This document shows, in pieces, positions 8,422-18,404 of a stretch of DNA of 64,000 bases. The notes under the pieces were generated by a model, which was not told the origin of the DNA, did not search any database, and saw nothing but the letters and a program-made list of their open reading frames with translations. Within the stretch, counting starts at the first letter, position 1. The number at the start of each line of letters is the position of its first letter. A program made the position numbers and the translations under genes. Origin of the DNA: Sumerlaeia bacterium (lineage in GTDB: Bacteria > Sumerlaeota > Sumerlaeia > SLMS01 > JAHLLQ01); NCBI GenBank assembly GCA_040219255.1, contig JAVJSW010000012.1, forward strand, positions 32,001-96,000, in the 5' to 3' direction.

Positions 8422-10865
8422 TGCACTTTCACTCCGAGGGATTCGCCGAGGGCGACGAGCTTCTCGCGACAACCGTCCTTGGGCTTGGGCGCGGAGGCGG
8501 CGCCGTCCGGTTTCTTGGCCAAGAGTTCCTTCGCCATGCGGAAAAAGCGGTTTTGGGAAGTCCACAAATCGAGGGTCACCTTGGCGCTGCGAGCCACGGA
8601 GAGGAGGTTGAGTGCCTGCTCGATAGCATGCAGATCGTTCGGTTTTTCTTCGAGGTGCTTCATCAGCGCCTCGACTCGATCCGTGATGACCAATAGCAAT
8701 TCCGCCTCGGAGGGCTGCACGTTCCACGCGCGCATTTCGTTGAGCAAGTTGTGGATACGGCTCATGTCCAGCTCCTCGGCTTCGAGGAGGTGCCTCAGAT
8801 CGGCGTTGAGAACGAATTCGGTGGTTGCGGCCAGGACCTTGGGAATGGGCTGGCGGGTTTGCTTGAGCACGTTGAGCATCGGGTAGGAGCGGTCGTAGAG
8901 ATGGCGCAGAGCGACTTCCGAGTCTTCGAGCGTGGGCTGGAAGACTTCCTCGATGATGCGGCGCTGCTCGTCGTGGAACAGGTGCCAAAGCGAATAGTTG
9001 TGATTTTCGTAGTGGGTGTCGATGAGGCGGATGACTTCCGGCACGGCATTGCGGCGGAAGGCCTCGCGGATCTGATCGCGCATTTCGCCAAAGGATTCTC
9101 CGCCCATGAATTCGCGCACGCCGCCGATCAGGTTCTGATCGCCCAGGTGCAGCACGGCGAAGCTGATTTCCGTTTCATCGTAGGTGATGCTGGAGCGGAT
9201 GCGGGTCCGGCCCACAACCAGGCGCGAGCGGCCCATCTCGAGGTAGTCGCGGTCGAGGGACACGCCCCGGTAACAGTACAGGTCGAAGCGCTCTCCGCAT
9301 TCATCGAAGAGCGACGTCACGGCGTGGTGGGCGCCGACGCGCAGAAGGCTGATGGCGGCGGGCTTGACGAAGTTCTCGTACACCCAGGCGCCGTTTTCGT
9401 ACTCGGCGATGTTGCTGGGGGCGTCGCGGAGTTTTTCCGTGAAGTCCGCATCCAGGTCGGGACCGCCGATTTCCTTGGCGAGTTGGATCGCCCGGGCGGC
9501 GTACTGGAGGATCTGGGTCGTTTCGATGCCCGAAATTTCGTCGAAGAACCACCCGCAACTCGTGTACATCAGGAGCGCGTGGCGCTGGATTTCCATGTGC
9601 TTGAGGATCTTCCCTCGAACGGTTGCCGGATCGGCGCCAGGGCCCGCCTTCGCGTGCTTCTTCAGGAAAGCGTCCACGCTCTCGGGCGAACGATCCATGA
9701 TGACGCTGACGTAAGCGTCGCGGGCTTTCCAGGGGTCGCGCAGCAACTTGCCGCCCTCCTTCTCGAAGAAGATGGCCAGTTCGTCGCGCAGCCAGTCGAG
9801 GGCCTCGCGCAGGGGCTGGCGCCATTCCTGGCTCCAGGAACCGTGCATGCCGCTGTTGCAGCCGCAGTTCGAGCGCCAGCGCTCGACCCCATGGACGCAG
9901 GACCAGGAGGAATTGTCCCAGATGCGGGCTTCCCATTTCGGCGGATGCTTTTCCAGGAACTCGCCGTAGATCGAGACCTTGGCGATGCCCTCGGACTCCA
10001 AATGGTGGAGGCAGTAGGAGAGGGCCATGTCGCCCTTGCCGTGGTGGTGGCCATAGGTCTCGCCGTCGGTGGCGATGTGAACCATGTGAGGCCAGTTGCC
10101 CTCCGTATCGAGGGCCCCGGCGAGGCGCCCGGCGAGGGCTTCGCCGTTGTTCAGCAACTTCTCGAAGGCGAGGGCCTGACTGATGGGGCCGTCGTAGAAG
10201 AACAGCGCGATGGATTTGCCGCTGGGCAGGCGGCAGAGGTATGGACGCCGCGGATCGACTTTGCCGTCGGAGGCGTCCTGCCAGGGTTCCTGGTCGCCGG
10301 CCTCCGTGATGGGGCGGGCCTGGGCCGCCTGGCGCGGGGCCAGGATTGTGTAGGCGATGCCGTGGTCGGCGAGCAGTTCCAGCGTGGGCGTGTCCACGGC
10401 TGTTTCGGCGAGCCAGATGCCCTCGGGCTTGCGGCCGAAGCGGGCTTCGAAGTCGGCCACCCCCCACACGATCTGGGTGACTTTATCGCGCTTGTTGGCC
10501 AGCGGCATGATGATGTGATTGTAGACTTGGGCGATGGCGCTGCCGTGACCGCCAAAGCGCTTCTGGCTCAGGGCGTCCGCCTCCAGAATGGCTTTGTACA
10601 CGGCCGGTTCGTGCTTCTCCATCCAGGAGAGCAAGGTCGGGCCGAAGTTGAAGCTGATGCGCGAGTAGTTGTTGATGATATCCACGATGTGGCCGTCGCC
10701 GTCGAGGATGCGCGAGGCCGTGTTGGGGCCGTAGCATTCGGCGGTGATGCGTTCGTTCCAGTCGTGATAGGGGAACGCGCTGCCTTGGGCTTCCACGTCT
10801 TCCAGCCACGCGTTTTCACGCGGGGGCTGGTAGAAATGGCCGTGGATGCAGATGTGTCGATTCAT
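8418..10865 (-). CDS. Glycoside hydrolase family 57 with DUF3536 domain
   Basis: IHGHFYQPPREN, WLAETAVD, ATDGETYGHH, SWSCVHGVERW, MYTSCGWFFDE. Confidence 0.93.
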   Translation of the reverse strand: MNRHICIHGHFYQPPRENAWLEDVEAQGSAFPYHDWNERITAECYGPNTASRILDGDGHIVDIINNYSRISFNFGPTLLSWMEKHEPAVYKAILEADALSQKRFGGHGSAIAQVYNHIIMPLANKRDKVTQIVWGVADFEARFGRKPEGIWLAETAVDTPTLELLADHGIAYTILAPRQAAQARPITEAGDQEPWQDASDGKVDPRRPYLCRLPSGKSIALFFYDGPISQALAFEKLLNNGEALAGRLAGALDTEGNWPHMVHIATDGETYGHHHGKGDMALSYCLHHLESEGIAKVSIYGEFLEKHPPKWEARIWDNSSWSCVHGVERWRSNCGCNSGMHGSWSQEWRQPLREALDWLRDELAIFFEKEGGKLLRDPWKARDAYVSVIMDRSPESVDAFLKKHAKAGPGADPATVRGKILKHMEIQRHALLMYTSCGWFFDEISGIETTQILQYAARAIQLAKEIGGPDLDADFTEKLRDAPSNIAEYENGAWVYENFVKPAAISLLRVGAHHAVTSLFDECGERFDLYCYRGVSLDRDYLEMGRSRLVVGRTRIRSSITYDETEISFAVLHLGDQNLIGGVREFMGGESFGEMRDQIREAFRRNAVPEVIRLIDTHYENHNYSLWHLFHDEQRRIIEEVFQPTLEDSEVALRHLYDRSYPMLNVLKQTRQPIPKVLAATTEFVLNADLRHLLEAEELDMSRIHNLLNEMRAWNVQPSEAELLLVITDRVEALMKHLEEKPNDLHAIEQALNLLSVARSAKVTLDLWTSQNRFFRMAKELLAKKPDGAASAPKPKDGCREKLVALGESLGVKVQ

Positions 10866-10896
10866 AAGGGATCCTAATTGCTTTCGGTTCGATCGG

Positions 10897-12723
10897 TCAG
10901 GGCATCACAAAGGATGCGGCCTCGGTACTGCGGGGGGCGCCGGTGCGCCGATAGAGGTGGAAGCTGCGGCGCGAGAGCCGCTGGTCGTCCTCGTCGCGGT
11001 CGCCGCCAAAGAACGGCGACGCCGAATCCAGCACCAGGTCGAATTGCATGCCGGTCAAGGCGGGCTGGTCTTCCTGGCCAATATTGAAGGCGGCGAGGAA
11101 TTCGGCCTCGCCCGCGTGGCGCGACATGAGGAAGACATCGCCGTCGCGGCGGACTTCGATGGCGGACTTCGAGGCCGGAATGCCGAGGGCCGCTTCGCCC
11201 CGGCGCAGGCTGATGAGCGCCTTGTAGAGCGCCAGCATCTGGCCGTGGCGGCCGTTTTCGCGCTTGTCCCAATCGAGCTTCGAGCGCTCGAAAGTCGCTT
11301 CGCTCTGCGGGTCCGGCACGTCGCCGCCCCAGTCGAAGCTGGCGAATTCCTCGCGCCGCCCCTTGCGCACGGCCTCGACGAGCCAGTCGTCGCCGTGGCT
11401 GGTGAAGAACTGGAACGGATTCGTTTCGCCCCATTCCTCGCCCATGAACAGCATGGGCATCCAGGGACTGAGTAGCAATAATCCCGCCGCCAGCTTCTGC
11501 GATTCGAAATCCATCAGCGCGCTCTGGCGCTCGCCCAGGCCGCGGTTGCCGACCTGGTCGTGGTTCTGGATGCAGACACACATCTGGCGCGGCGCCAGCG
11601 CCGTCGGCGGCATGCCGTGAGTGCGCTTGCGGAAGGGGCTCCAGCGCCCGTCGAAAACGTAGGCCTGCGTCAGCACCGTCTGTAACTGATCGGGAGAGCC
11701 ATAATCGCAGTAGTAGCCCTCGTTTTCGCTCGTCAACACCGTGTGCACAACGTGGTGGAAGTCATCGACCCATTGGCCGCTGAGGCCGTAGCCGCCGGCC
11801 TTGGCGGGCGAGCAGAGTTTCGGATCGTTGGCGTCGCTCTCGGCGATCAGGTGGCGCGTCCAGCCCGTCGCTTGCGACAGCTCGCGCACCGCCTCGGCCA
11901 ACTGGCGCAGGAACGGGCGGGCGCTCGTGTCGTAGATGGCGTGCGTCGCGTCGAGCCGCAGCCCGTCCACGTGGTAATCGCGCAGCCACATCAGGGCGTT
12001 CTCGATAAAGAACGTGCGAACCGGGTCGCTGTCCTCGCCGTCGAAGTTCATGGCCGCGCCCCAAGGCGTCTTGTACTTTTCCGCCGAGTAGGGGGCAAAA
12101 AGTCCGGTGTAGTTACCCTCGGGCCCGAAGTGATTGTACACCACGTCCAGATAAACCGCGATGCCGCGCCGGTGACAGGCATCCACCAGCCGCTTCAGAC
12201 CATCCGGCCCGCCATAGCTGTTCTGCGGCGCGTAGGGATAGGTGCCATCGTAACCCCAGTTGCGGGAACCGGGGAACTGGGCGACGGGCATGATCTCGAT
12301 GGCGTTCACGCCGATATCCGTCAAGTGATCGAGCTTGGCGATGGCGGCGTCGAAGGTGCCCTCCGCCGTGAAGGTCCCGATGTGGAGTTCGTAGAGCACG
12401 GTCTGCTCCATCGGCAGGCCGCTCCAGCCCGCGTCGGTCCAGTCAAAGGCGCCGTGGGCGACGACTTCGCTGGGGCCGTGGGGGCCTTCAGGCTGAAAGC
12501 GCGACGCCGGATCGGGGCGGTCGTCGCCGTCGTCGGTCTGAAAGAAATAGCGCGCGCCGGGGCCGATGCCCTCGACGGCGGCTTCCCAGTAGCCGTGGGC
12601 GGCGGGCGTCATCTCGACGATCCGATCCTCGGGTGCGACGAGGTGCAACCGGGGCCGCCGGAGTTTCGGCGCCCAGAGGAGGAAGCGGGTTTGGTGGGAA
12701 AGCGGATGGGCGCCAGGAATCAT
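10897..12723 (-). CDS. treZ: Malto-oligosyltrehalose trehalohydrolase (GH13)
   Basis: PDPASRFQPEG.HGPS, YELHIGTF, NWGYDG, DVVYNHFGPEGNY, GLRLDATH, QNHDQVGNR. Confidence 0.96.
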   Translation of the reverse strand: MIPGAHPLSHQTRFLLWAPKLRRPRLHLVAPEDRIVEMTPAAHGYWEAAVEGIGPGARYFFQTDDGDDRPDPASRFQPEGPHGPSEVVAHGAFDWTDAGWSGLPMEQTVLYELHIGTFTAEGTFDAAIAKLDHLTDIGVNAIEIMPVAQFPGSRNWGYDGTYPYAPQNSYGGPDGLKRLVDACHRRGIAVYLDVVYNHFGPEGNYTGLFAPYSAEKYKTPWGAAMNFDGEDSDPVRTFFIENALMWLRDYHVDGLRLDATHAIYDTSARPFLRQLAEAVRELSQATGWTRHLIAESDANDPKLCSPAKAGGYGLSGQWVDDFHHVVHTVLTSENEGYYCDYGSPDQLQTVLTQAYVFDGRWSPFRKRTHGMPPTALAPRQMCVCIQNHDQVGNRGLGERQSALMDFESQKLAAGLLLLSPWMPMLFMGEEWGETNPFQFFTSHGDDWLVEAVRKGRREEFASFDWGGDVPDPQSEATFERSKLDWDKRENGRHGQMLALYKALISLRRGEAALGIPASKSAIEVRRDGDVFLMSRHAGEAEFLAAFNIGQEDQPALTGMQFDLVLDSASPFFGGDRDEDDQRLSRRSFHLYRRTGAPRSTEAASFVMP

Positions 12724-12920
12724 GGACGGGACGAGGAACTCCTGAGAAGGTTGCCCGTAGTAGAGCAACGCGGAGGCCGCGCGTCGCGACTTGTCTGTGT
12801 CCTTAGCGAAAAAGACCCCCCGGAGGCCGGGCGGAGGGGCCTTGTAACGGGGAAGTAAAATGTTTTAGCAAAGATTTGGAGAAGGTGTCCAGATTTTGCG
12901 CTCATGGCGAGCGCGCTGGG

Positions 12921-14612
12921 TTATTCAGATACAGCCATGGCGATCGGTTTACCACCCTCGCTCCCCGACCACCCCGGCCCATAAACCACCCGCCCCGGCT
13001 TCGCGCCCGTCGCTTCGTCGTCCTGGACGACGATCTCGCCGTTCACGATGACCAGCTTGAACCCCGTCGAGTACGCGTGCGGCTCCACAAAGGTGGCGTT
13101 GTCGGTGACCGTTTCCGGGTCGAAAAGCACCAGGTCGGCGGCTTTGCCTTCGGCGATCACGCCCCGGTCGTGGAAGTCAAAGGCGGTGGCGGGCAGCGAG
13201 GTCATCTTGCGGATGGCGTCCTCGAGCCGCAGCGCCCCCAGTTCCCGCACGTACCGCCCCAGAACCCGGGCGTTCGAGCCGTAGCCACGCGGGTGTGGCT
13301 TGCCGGCGCCGTACTCGCGGATGCCGCTGTCCGAGCAAATCGCCACCAGCGGGTGCTGCATGATGTTGACGACTTGCTCCTCGGGCAGGGTGTGGAAAAC
13401 GCCCGACGCGCCGCCCGCCTGATAGATCCGCCGCACCGCTTCATACTGGTCCTTCATGGTCACGGTGGGCCACTCTTCGCGGGGGATGGCTTTCCAGTCC
13501 ACGTCCTCGCCGTTCGCGTCCTGAAGGGCGAAAATCTGGGCCATCTCTTGCAGGTTCAATCCCTGGTATTCCGGATTCCAGCGGCAGTAGGCCACCACCG
13601 CGAAGCTCAGGTCTTTGCGCAGGCGATTGCCCTCGTGGTGGTCCGCCATGTCCTTGTAGTACTTCACCAGCACTTCCGCGTCCTCGAGCATATCCTTGGC
13701 CTTGTCGTGGCCCTGTTCGAGGACCCACTCGGGAAAGAGCACGCTCATCGACGTGCTCGATGCCGTGTACGGGTACTGATCGATCCAGACTTCCATGCCT
13801 TCGGCGCGGGCCTGCTCGACCTTGGCCAGAGTGGTGTCGCTGCCGCCGATGCGCTCGACCATGTCGCGGGGCATTTTGAAGTGGCTGATCTGGACACGGC
13901 TGTTGGCGCCTCGGCCGACGTCGAGGGCTTCATCGATGGCGGCCAGGATTTCCAGGCTTTCGCTGCGCATGTGCGAGGCGTAGATGCCGCCATGCTGGGC
14001 CGCGACGCTCTGCATGGCGACGATTTCGTCCAGCGGGCTGTAGGTGCCGGGGGTGTAGATGAGGCCGGTGCTCATGCCCACGGCGCCGTCGCGCATGGCT
14101 TTCTCGACCATGGCTTTGGCTTCGGCGAGTTGGTCCTCGGTCAGTTCGCCGGCCACGTTGCCCTTCACGTTACGCAGGATCGTGTTGTGGCCGATCAGCG
14201 AGGCGATGTTAATCGCCATGCCCTGGGTCGTCATGTTGTCGAAGTACTCGGCCATGTCCTTCTCGGAATAGCCGCAGTTGCCGGTGACCGCGGTGGTGAC
14301 GCCATTGCGGGTGAAGTTCTCGGCCAGCGGGCGGTCGTACACGTCGCTGTCGATGTGGGTGTGGACGTCGATAAAGCCGGGGGCGAGGACGAGGGTCTTA
14401 CCGGCGTGGACCACGGTGTCGGCGGTGGCGGAATCGGGCACGTCGCCCACGGCGGCGATTGTGTCGCCGAGCACGGCCACATCGCCGTACTGCCAGGGAT
14501 TGCCGGTGCCATCGACGATCTTGGCGTCGCGAATGATCAGATCGTATTGGCCGAACGCCGCCGAAGCGGCGAGCAGCGGCAGGAACGCGAGCGGTCGCAG
14601 AGTGGAAAGCAT
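12921..14612 (-). CDS. N-acyl-D-amino-acid deacylase (D-aminoacylase, amidohydrolase_3), secreted
   Basis: PGFIDVHTH, GNCG, STGLIYTPG, HMRSE, PHPRGYG, KMTSLPA; N-terminal signal peptide. Confidence 0.9.
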   Translation of the reverse strand: MLSTLRPLAFLPLLAASAAFGQYDLIIRDAKIVDGTGNPWQYGDVAVLGDTIAAVGDVPDSATADTVVHAGKTLVLAPGFIDVHTHIDSDVYDRPLAENFTRNGVTTAVTGNCGYSEKDMAEYFDNMTTQGMAINIASLIGHNTILRNVKGNVAGELTEDQLAEAKAMVEKAMRDGAVGMSTGLIYTPGTYSPLDEIVAMQSVAAQHGGIYASHMRSESLEILAAIDEALDVGRGANSRVQISHFKMPRDMVERIGGSDTTLAKVEQARAEGMEVWIDQYPYTASSTSMSVLFPEWVLEQGHDKAKDMLEDAEVLVKYYKDMADHHEGNRLRKDLSFAVVAYCRWNPEYQGLNLQEMAQIFALQDANGEDVDWKAIPREEWPTVTMKDQYEAVRRIYQAGGASGVFHTLPEEQVVNIMQHPLVAICSDSGIREYGAGKPHPRGYGSNARVLGRYVRELGALRLEDAIRKMTSLPATAFDFHDRGVIAEGKAADLVLFDPETVTDNATFVEPHAYSTGFKLVIVNGEIVVQDDEATGAKPGRVVYGPGWSGSEGGKPIAMAVSE

Positions 14613-14691
14613 GGAAGGTCCTTTTGGATGCAACTGATTGCACGAGAGAAGCGGACGGCGGGAGATTGCGCAAGGGAAGAGGCGGGAGGTT

Positions 14692-14730
14692 TTTAACGCG
14701 GAGCAGCAAAGGAGCAGAGGCGCAAAGGAG
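14692..14730 (+). repeat. Solo arm of short tandem-unit repeat (AACGCGGAG...CAAAG type)
   Basis: TTTAACGCGGAGCAGCAAAGGAGCAGAGGCGCAAAGGAG, with purine-rich units resembling the arms at 28987 and 46540; no partner arm seen. Confidence 0.35.
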
Positions 14731-14812
14731 GGAGGCGGGCGGGGAGACTTGGGGTTTTCCCTTGGGCCGAACCACGAGGGGCTCCAAGGTGTCGGCGTTC
14801 CCTTGATGGAAA

Positions 14813-16741
14813 GTGAGCCCCCTCCCCCGCCCCATGCCCGCCAGCCTCCACCTCCTCGGCGAACCGAATCTGCCGGAATTTCGCATGGCGGAGCGTTTCG
14901 GCCATCGGCTTTGCGAAGCGCTGAACGCCCATCCGGGCTGCGCGGCGAGCGAGATCGAGGTGTATTCGGTGCCGAGCCTTCAATGCTTCGGCCAGCGGAT
15001 TCAGGACGTGGACCAATTGGTCTTGCTGAGGGCGCGGCCGGGGCTGGAGCTGACGTGGCGGGAAACGCGCCTGCGGATCGAGTCGCTGTGTTTCGCGATG
15101 GAGCACAAGGCCCATGGCGCGGGCGAGCTGGTGCTGCGCGATCAGCATCTGTTCGTGCGCTACGAGGGCCGCGAGGGCCTGCACAACGCCTCGCGCCAGG
15201 CCGAGGTGGAGGCGATGAGCGCGCGCGCGTACCTGAGGGATTTGGCGGGCGGGCGGCCTTTTGTCGGGCACGGGATTTTTCTCTCGGCGGTGGACCGCGA
15301 GGCCCTGCCCGACGGGGTTCCGCACCTGCTAGGGTCGAATTTCACGGCGGAGGATTTTCTGCGGTTCCTGACGCTGTCGCGGTGCGGACGGGATGTGATG
15401 GGGCGGCTGACCTTCCGCCAGGACTTCGATTTCGAAGAGGGCATCGCGGCCCTGGAACGCGCCCGCCGGCCAGTGGAAATCAGCGCCTTGAACAAGGTCC
15501 GCCTCGACCGCATCACTCGCCGATACCTGACATCGCAGAACTTCCAGGATCACATCGGCAACCGGCTGTTCATTTATCACGGCCGGGCGGGAACGGGGAA
15601 AACGACCTTTCTCCTGCGGATGGCGAACGATCTGGCTCTGGACGGGCACCGGCCGCTGTTCCTGACGTATAACCACGCGCTGCGGCTGGACCTGGCGACG
15701 ATGCTCCAGAGCAGCGCGGCGGCGGCGAAACGGCGCTCGGTTCAAATCCCGACCGACGGCCTGAACAGCTTCATGCACGATGTGTTCGTGGCGCTGGGCC
15801 TGCAACCGACGCGCCACATCCCGAACCCTTACGAAGCGAATTACGCGGGGCGGCTGGCCGAGTCGCTCGACACTCTGACGCCCGAGCGCGTGGCTGCCCT
15901 GCGCGCGGACCCGCAGTTCGATTTCGACTTCGTCTTCATCGATGAAGCACAGGACATCCTGGAGGTGGAGCGCCAGGTTCTGGGCCGCATTTACGGCGAG
16001 CGTAATCTGATTATCAGCAACGGCTTCGATCAGGTGATGCGCGATCAGAAGTGCGATTGGACGCGGGGGCTGGTCAAGGACCAGGACTACTACCTGCACC
16101 GCTACGGACGGTCGTTGCGGATGCGCGAACGCATTGTGACCTTTGCCAACGCGCTGGCGCAGGAACTGGGCACCGAGGAGTGGTCGGTGCAATCGAACCC
16201 GGACCTGCCCGGCGGGCGCGTGGTGGTGCGCGTCGGGCCTTACAACCCGCAGCTTCACGATGTGATTTTGGAGGACCTGAAGGCCGCCGAATGCGAGTGG
16301 GGGGATTTGCTGTTCGGATGGAATCAACCGAGGCGAACGGTGGCGGCGCTGAAGGATCAACTCGAACGCGCCGGCTACCACATCTGGGACGGCACGGATC
16401 ATCAGGCCCGCCGGAATCGGCGGACGATGCTCGAACCCGATGAAATCCGGTTCTACGACTACCAGAGCGTCCGCGGGCTGGAGTGCTGGACCTTTGTGGC
16501 GATGCTGCTGGACGAGTATTTCGACCGGGAATACAAGCGCGAGTTGGCGCACCTGAGCGGCGAGGATCTGGCGGCGTCCGTCTCCGCCTCGCAGGCGGCC
16601 GCCTACCGGATTCTGATGGCCTGCACGCGGCCGATCAATACGCTGGCGATTACGCTGAAAAACCCGGACAGCCCGCTCGGCCGCGCGATCGCGGCGGTGG
16701 CGCGGGCCAACCCGGGACTGATCGAGGGGGATGTGCCATGA
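14813..16741 (+). CDS. NERD-like PD-(D/E)xK nuclease fused to SF1 (UvrD-like) helicase
   Basis: N-terminal 'QDVDQLVL...AMEHK'; Walker A GRAGTGKT; LTYN; Walker B FIDEAQD; 'QSVRGLEC'; motif VI-like 'MACTRP'; start 14813 (GTG) or 14834 (ATG). Confidence 0.75.
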   Translation: MSPLPRPMPASLHLLGEPNLPEFRMAERFGHRLCEALNAHPGCAASEIEVYSVPSLQCFGQRIQDVDQLVLLRARPGLELTWRETRLRIESLCFAMEHKAHGAGELVLRDQHLFVRYEGREGLHNASRQAEVEAMSARAYLRDLAGGRPFVGHGIFLSAVDREALPDGVPHLLGSNFTAEDFLRFLTLSRCGRDVMGRLTFRQDFDFEEGIAALERARRPVEISALNKVRLDRITRRYLTSQNFQDHIGNRLFIYHGRAGTGKTTFLLRMANDLALDGHRPLFLTYNHALRLDLATMLQSSAAAAKRRSVQIPTDGLNSFMHDVFVALGLQPTRHIPNPYEANYAGRLAESLDTLTPERVAALRADPQFDFDFVFIDEAQDILEVERQVLGRIYGERNLIISNGFDQVMRDQKCDWTRGLVKDQDYYLHRYGRSLRMRERIVTFANALAQELGTEEWSVQSNPDLPGGRVVVRVGPYNPQLHDVILEDLKAAECEWGDLLFGWNQPRRTVAALKDQLERAGYHIWDGTDHQARRNRRTMLEPDEIRFYDYQSVRGLECWTFVAMLLDEYFDREYKRELAHLSGEDLAASVSASQAAAYRILMACTRPINTLAITLKNPDSPLGRAIAAVARANPGLIEGDVP

Positions 16742-16756
16742 GCCCGAACGGGTCCC

Positions 16757-18316
16757 TCATCCGGCGTCCAGGCTCCGGCGCACTTCGCGGACAAGGCGGC
16801 GGGGGCTGAAGGGTTTGTTGATGAGCCGCATGTTGCCCACGATCAAGCCCTGGCGCAGGAGGACGTCGTCGGTATAACCGCAGATGTAGAGGACTTTGAG
16901 ATCGGGGCGTTTTTCGCGAAGACGCTCGCCGAGAACGCGCCCGTTCATCTTGGGCAGGTTGACGTCTGAGACGAGCAGATCGAACGTCATGCTGTGAAGC
17001 TCGGCGAGTTCAAGGGCTTCCATACCGTTTCGCGCGGCGAGGACCCGATAGCCGAAGTTGTCCAGGGTGCGTTCGAGGAGGGACAGGACCGAGGGGTCGT
17101 CCTCTACGAGAAGGATGGTTTCCGAGCCATCGCCGATGGGCTCTTCGTCGGTTTCGTTGGGGGCGGGGGTGGTGCGCTCGGTGCTGGGCAGATAGACGCG
17201 GAAGAGGGCGCCATGGCCGGGCCGGCTCTCGACCTCGATCATGCCGCTCCATTGGTGGACGATGCCTTTGACGGTGGAAAGTCCGAGACCGGTGCCGGAG
17301 CCATTTTCTTTGGTGGTGAAGAAGGGGTCGAAGATTTTCTCGCGCAGTTCCTCCGCGATGCCGCAGCCGGTGTCGCGGACTTCGATGACGCCGTAGGGTC
17401 CGGGAGTGGTGGAGCGCGCGTCCGAGCGCACCGTCTCGACGGTGGTGGTGCCGATGGTCAGCGTGCCCCCCTGGGGCATGGCGTCGCGGGCGTTGACCGC
17501 CAGGTTGATGATGATCTGTTCGACGTGGTTGGGGTCGGCGAGAACGAGGGGCGTGTCTTGCAGATCGACACACAGGTCGATGTCTTCGCCGATGAGCCGG
17601 CGCAGCAGGGGCAGGAGGTTGTCGACCAGTTCTTCGAGGCGGATGGCGGAGGGCTGGAGGATTTGCTTGCGGGAGAAGGCGAGCAATTGGCCCGTGAGGG
17701 CGGTGGCGCGGTCGCTGGCGCCGATGATCTCGTCGAGGTCGGAGCAGAGGGCGGCGTTCTCCTCGTGGTCGTCGCGGACCAGGCGGGCCATACCCCCGAT
17801 GGTGGTCAGGATGTTGTTGAAGTCGTGGGCCACGCTGCCAGCGAGGGTTCCGAGGACTTCGAGGCGCTGGGCGTGGTGGAAACGCTGGTTGATTTCCTGG
17901 CGCTTGATGCGCTCCTGGACTCGTTTGTGAAGAAGCCCCAGGTGACGTTCCAATCGATCGGTTTCGTGCGGAAAGAGAAAATCGTCGGCCCCGGCGTCGA
18001 GGAACCGGTCGAGGTCTTCGGCCGCCACGCCCGCATCGGCGAAAAGCAGCACCCCGAGGCAGAGCCCCTGGCGGGGAATGGCTTCGAGGAGTTCGACCAC
18101 CGCGCCGGCGGGCCGGCCGACACCGTCGACAACGACGAGGCAGCCTTTGGTCAAGTGCTCCAGGACGACGGGAAAGTCGGAGTGGATCATGACGCCGCCG
18201 GCGCCTCCGCCCAGGGGTCGGAGCAGGCGCATGCGGTCCGGCGCGGAGAAGTGCTCGCCCAGGAGGAACAGGAGGGGAATTTGGGCGAAGATCGTCTTGG
18301 CGAGATTGATCGTCAT
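16757..18316 (-). CDS. Hybrid sensor histidine kinase/response regulator (CckA-like) with N-terminal degenerate receiver
   Basis: H-box AHDFNN, NLAVNARDAM, DTGCG, FDPFFTTK, GTGLGL; C-terminal receiver ILLVEDD...SDVNLP...KPF; 'AGADDFL' N-terminal receiver remnant. Confidence 0.9.
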   Translation of the reverse strand: MTINLAKTIFAQIPLLFLLGEHFSAPDRMRLLRPLGGGAGGVMIHSDFPVVLEHLTKGCLVVVDGVGRPAGAVVELLEAIPRQGLCLGVLLFADAGVAAEDLDRFLDAGADDFLFPHETDRLERHLGLLHKRVQERIKRQEINQRFHHAQRLEVLGTLAGSVAHDFNNILTTIGGMARLVRDDHEENAALCSDLDEIIGASDRATALTGQLLAFSRKQILQPSAIRLEELVDNLLPLLRRLIGEDIDLCVDLQDTPLVLADPNHVEQIIINLAVNARDAMPQGGTLTIGTTTVETVRSDARSTTPGPYGVIEVRDTGCGIAEELREKIFDPFFTTKENGSGTGLGLSTVKGIVHQWSGMIEVESRPGHGALFRVYLPSTERTTPAPNETDEEPIGDGSETILLVEDDPSVLSLLERTLDNFGYRVLAARNGMEALELAELHSMTFDLLVSDVNLPKMNGRVLGERLREKRPDLKVLYICGYTDDVLLRQGLIVGNMRLINKPFSPRRLVREVRRSLDAG

Positions 18317-18404
18317 GGAAAACCGCGCATGGCCGAGGGTTCGACGCCATCTGAGGGCTTGAGCCGATTCTCGAGGGGTTGACTCGGATGGAGCAAAAAC
18401 GGGG

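Noticed and set aside
5536-8886. 1116-aa + strand ORF
   Set aside because: Antisense shadow of treY/GH57 in a GC-rich genome; no motifs.
8422-8988. N-terminal extension of TreY in the ORF track
   Set aside because: Out-of-frame overlap with the GH57 gene; the ATGA overlap at 8418-8421 gives the natural start.
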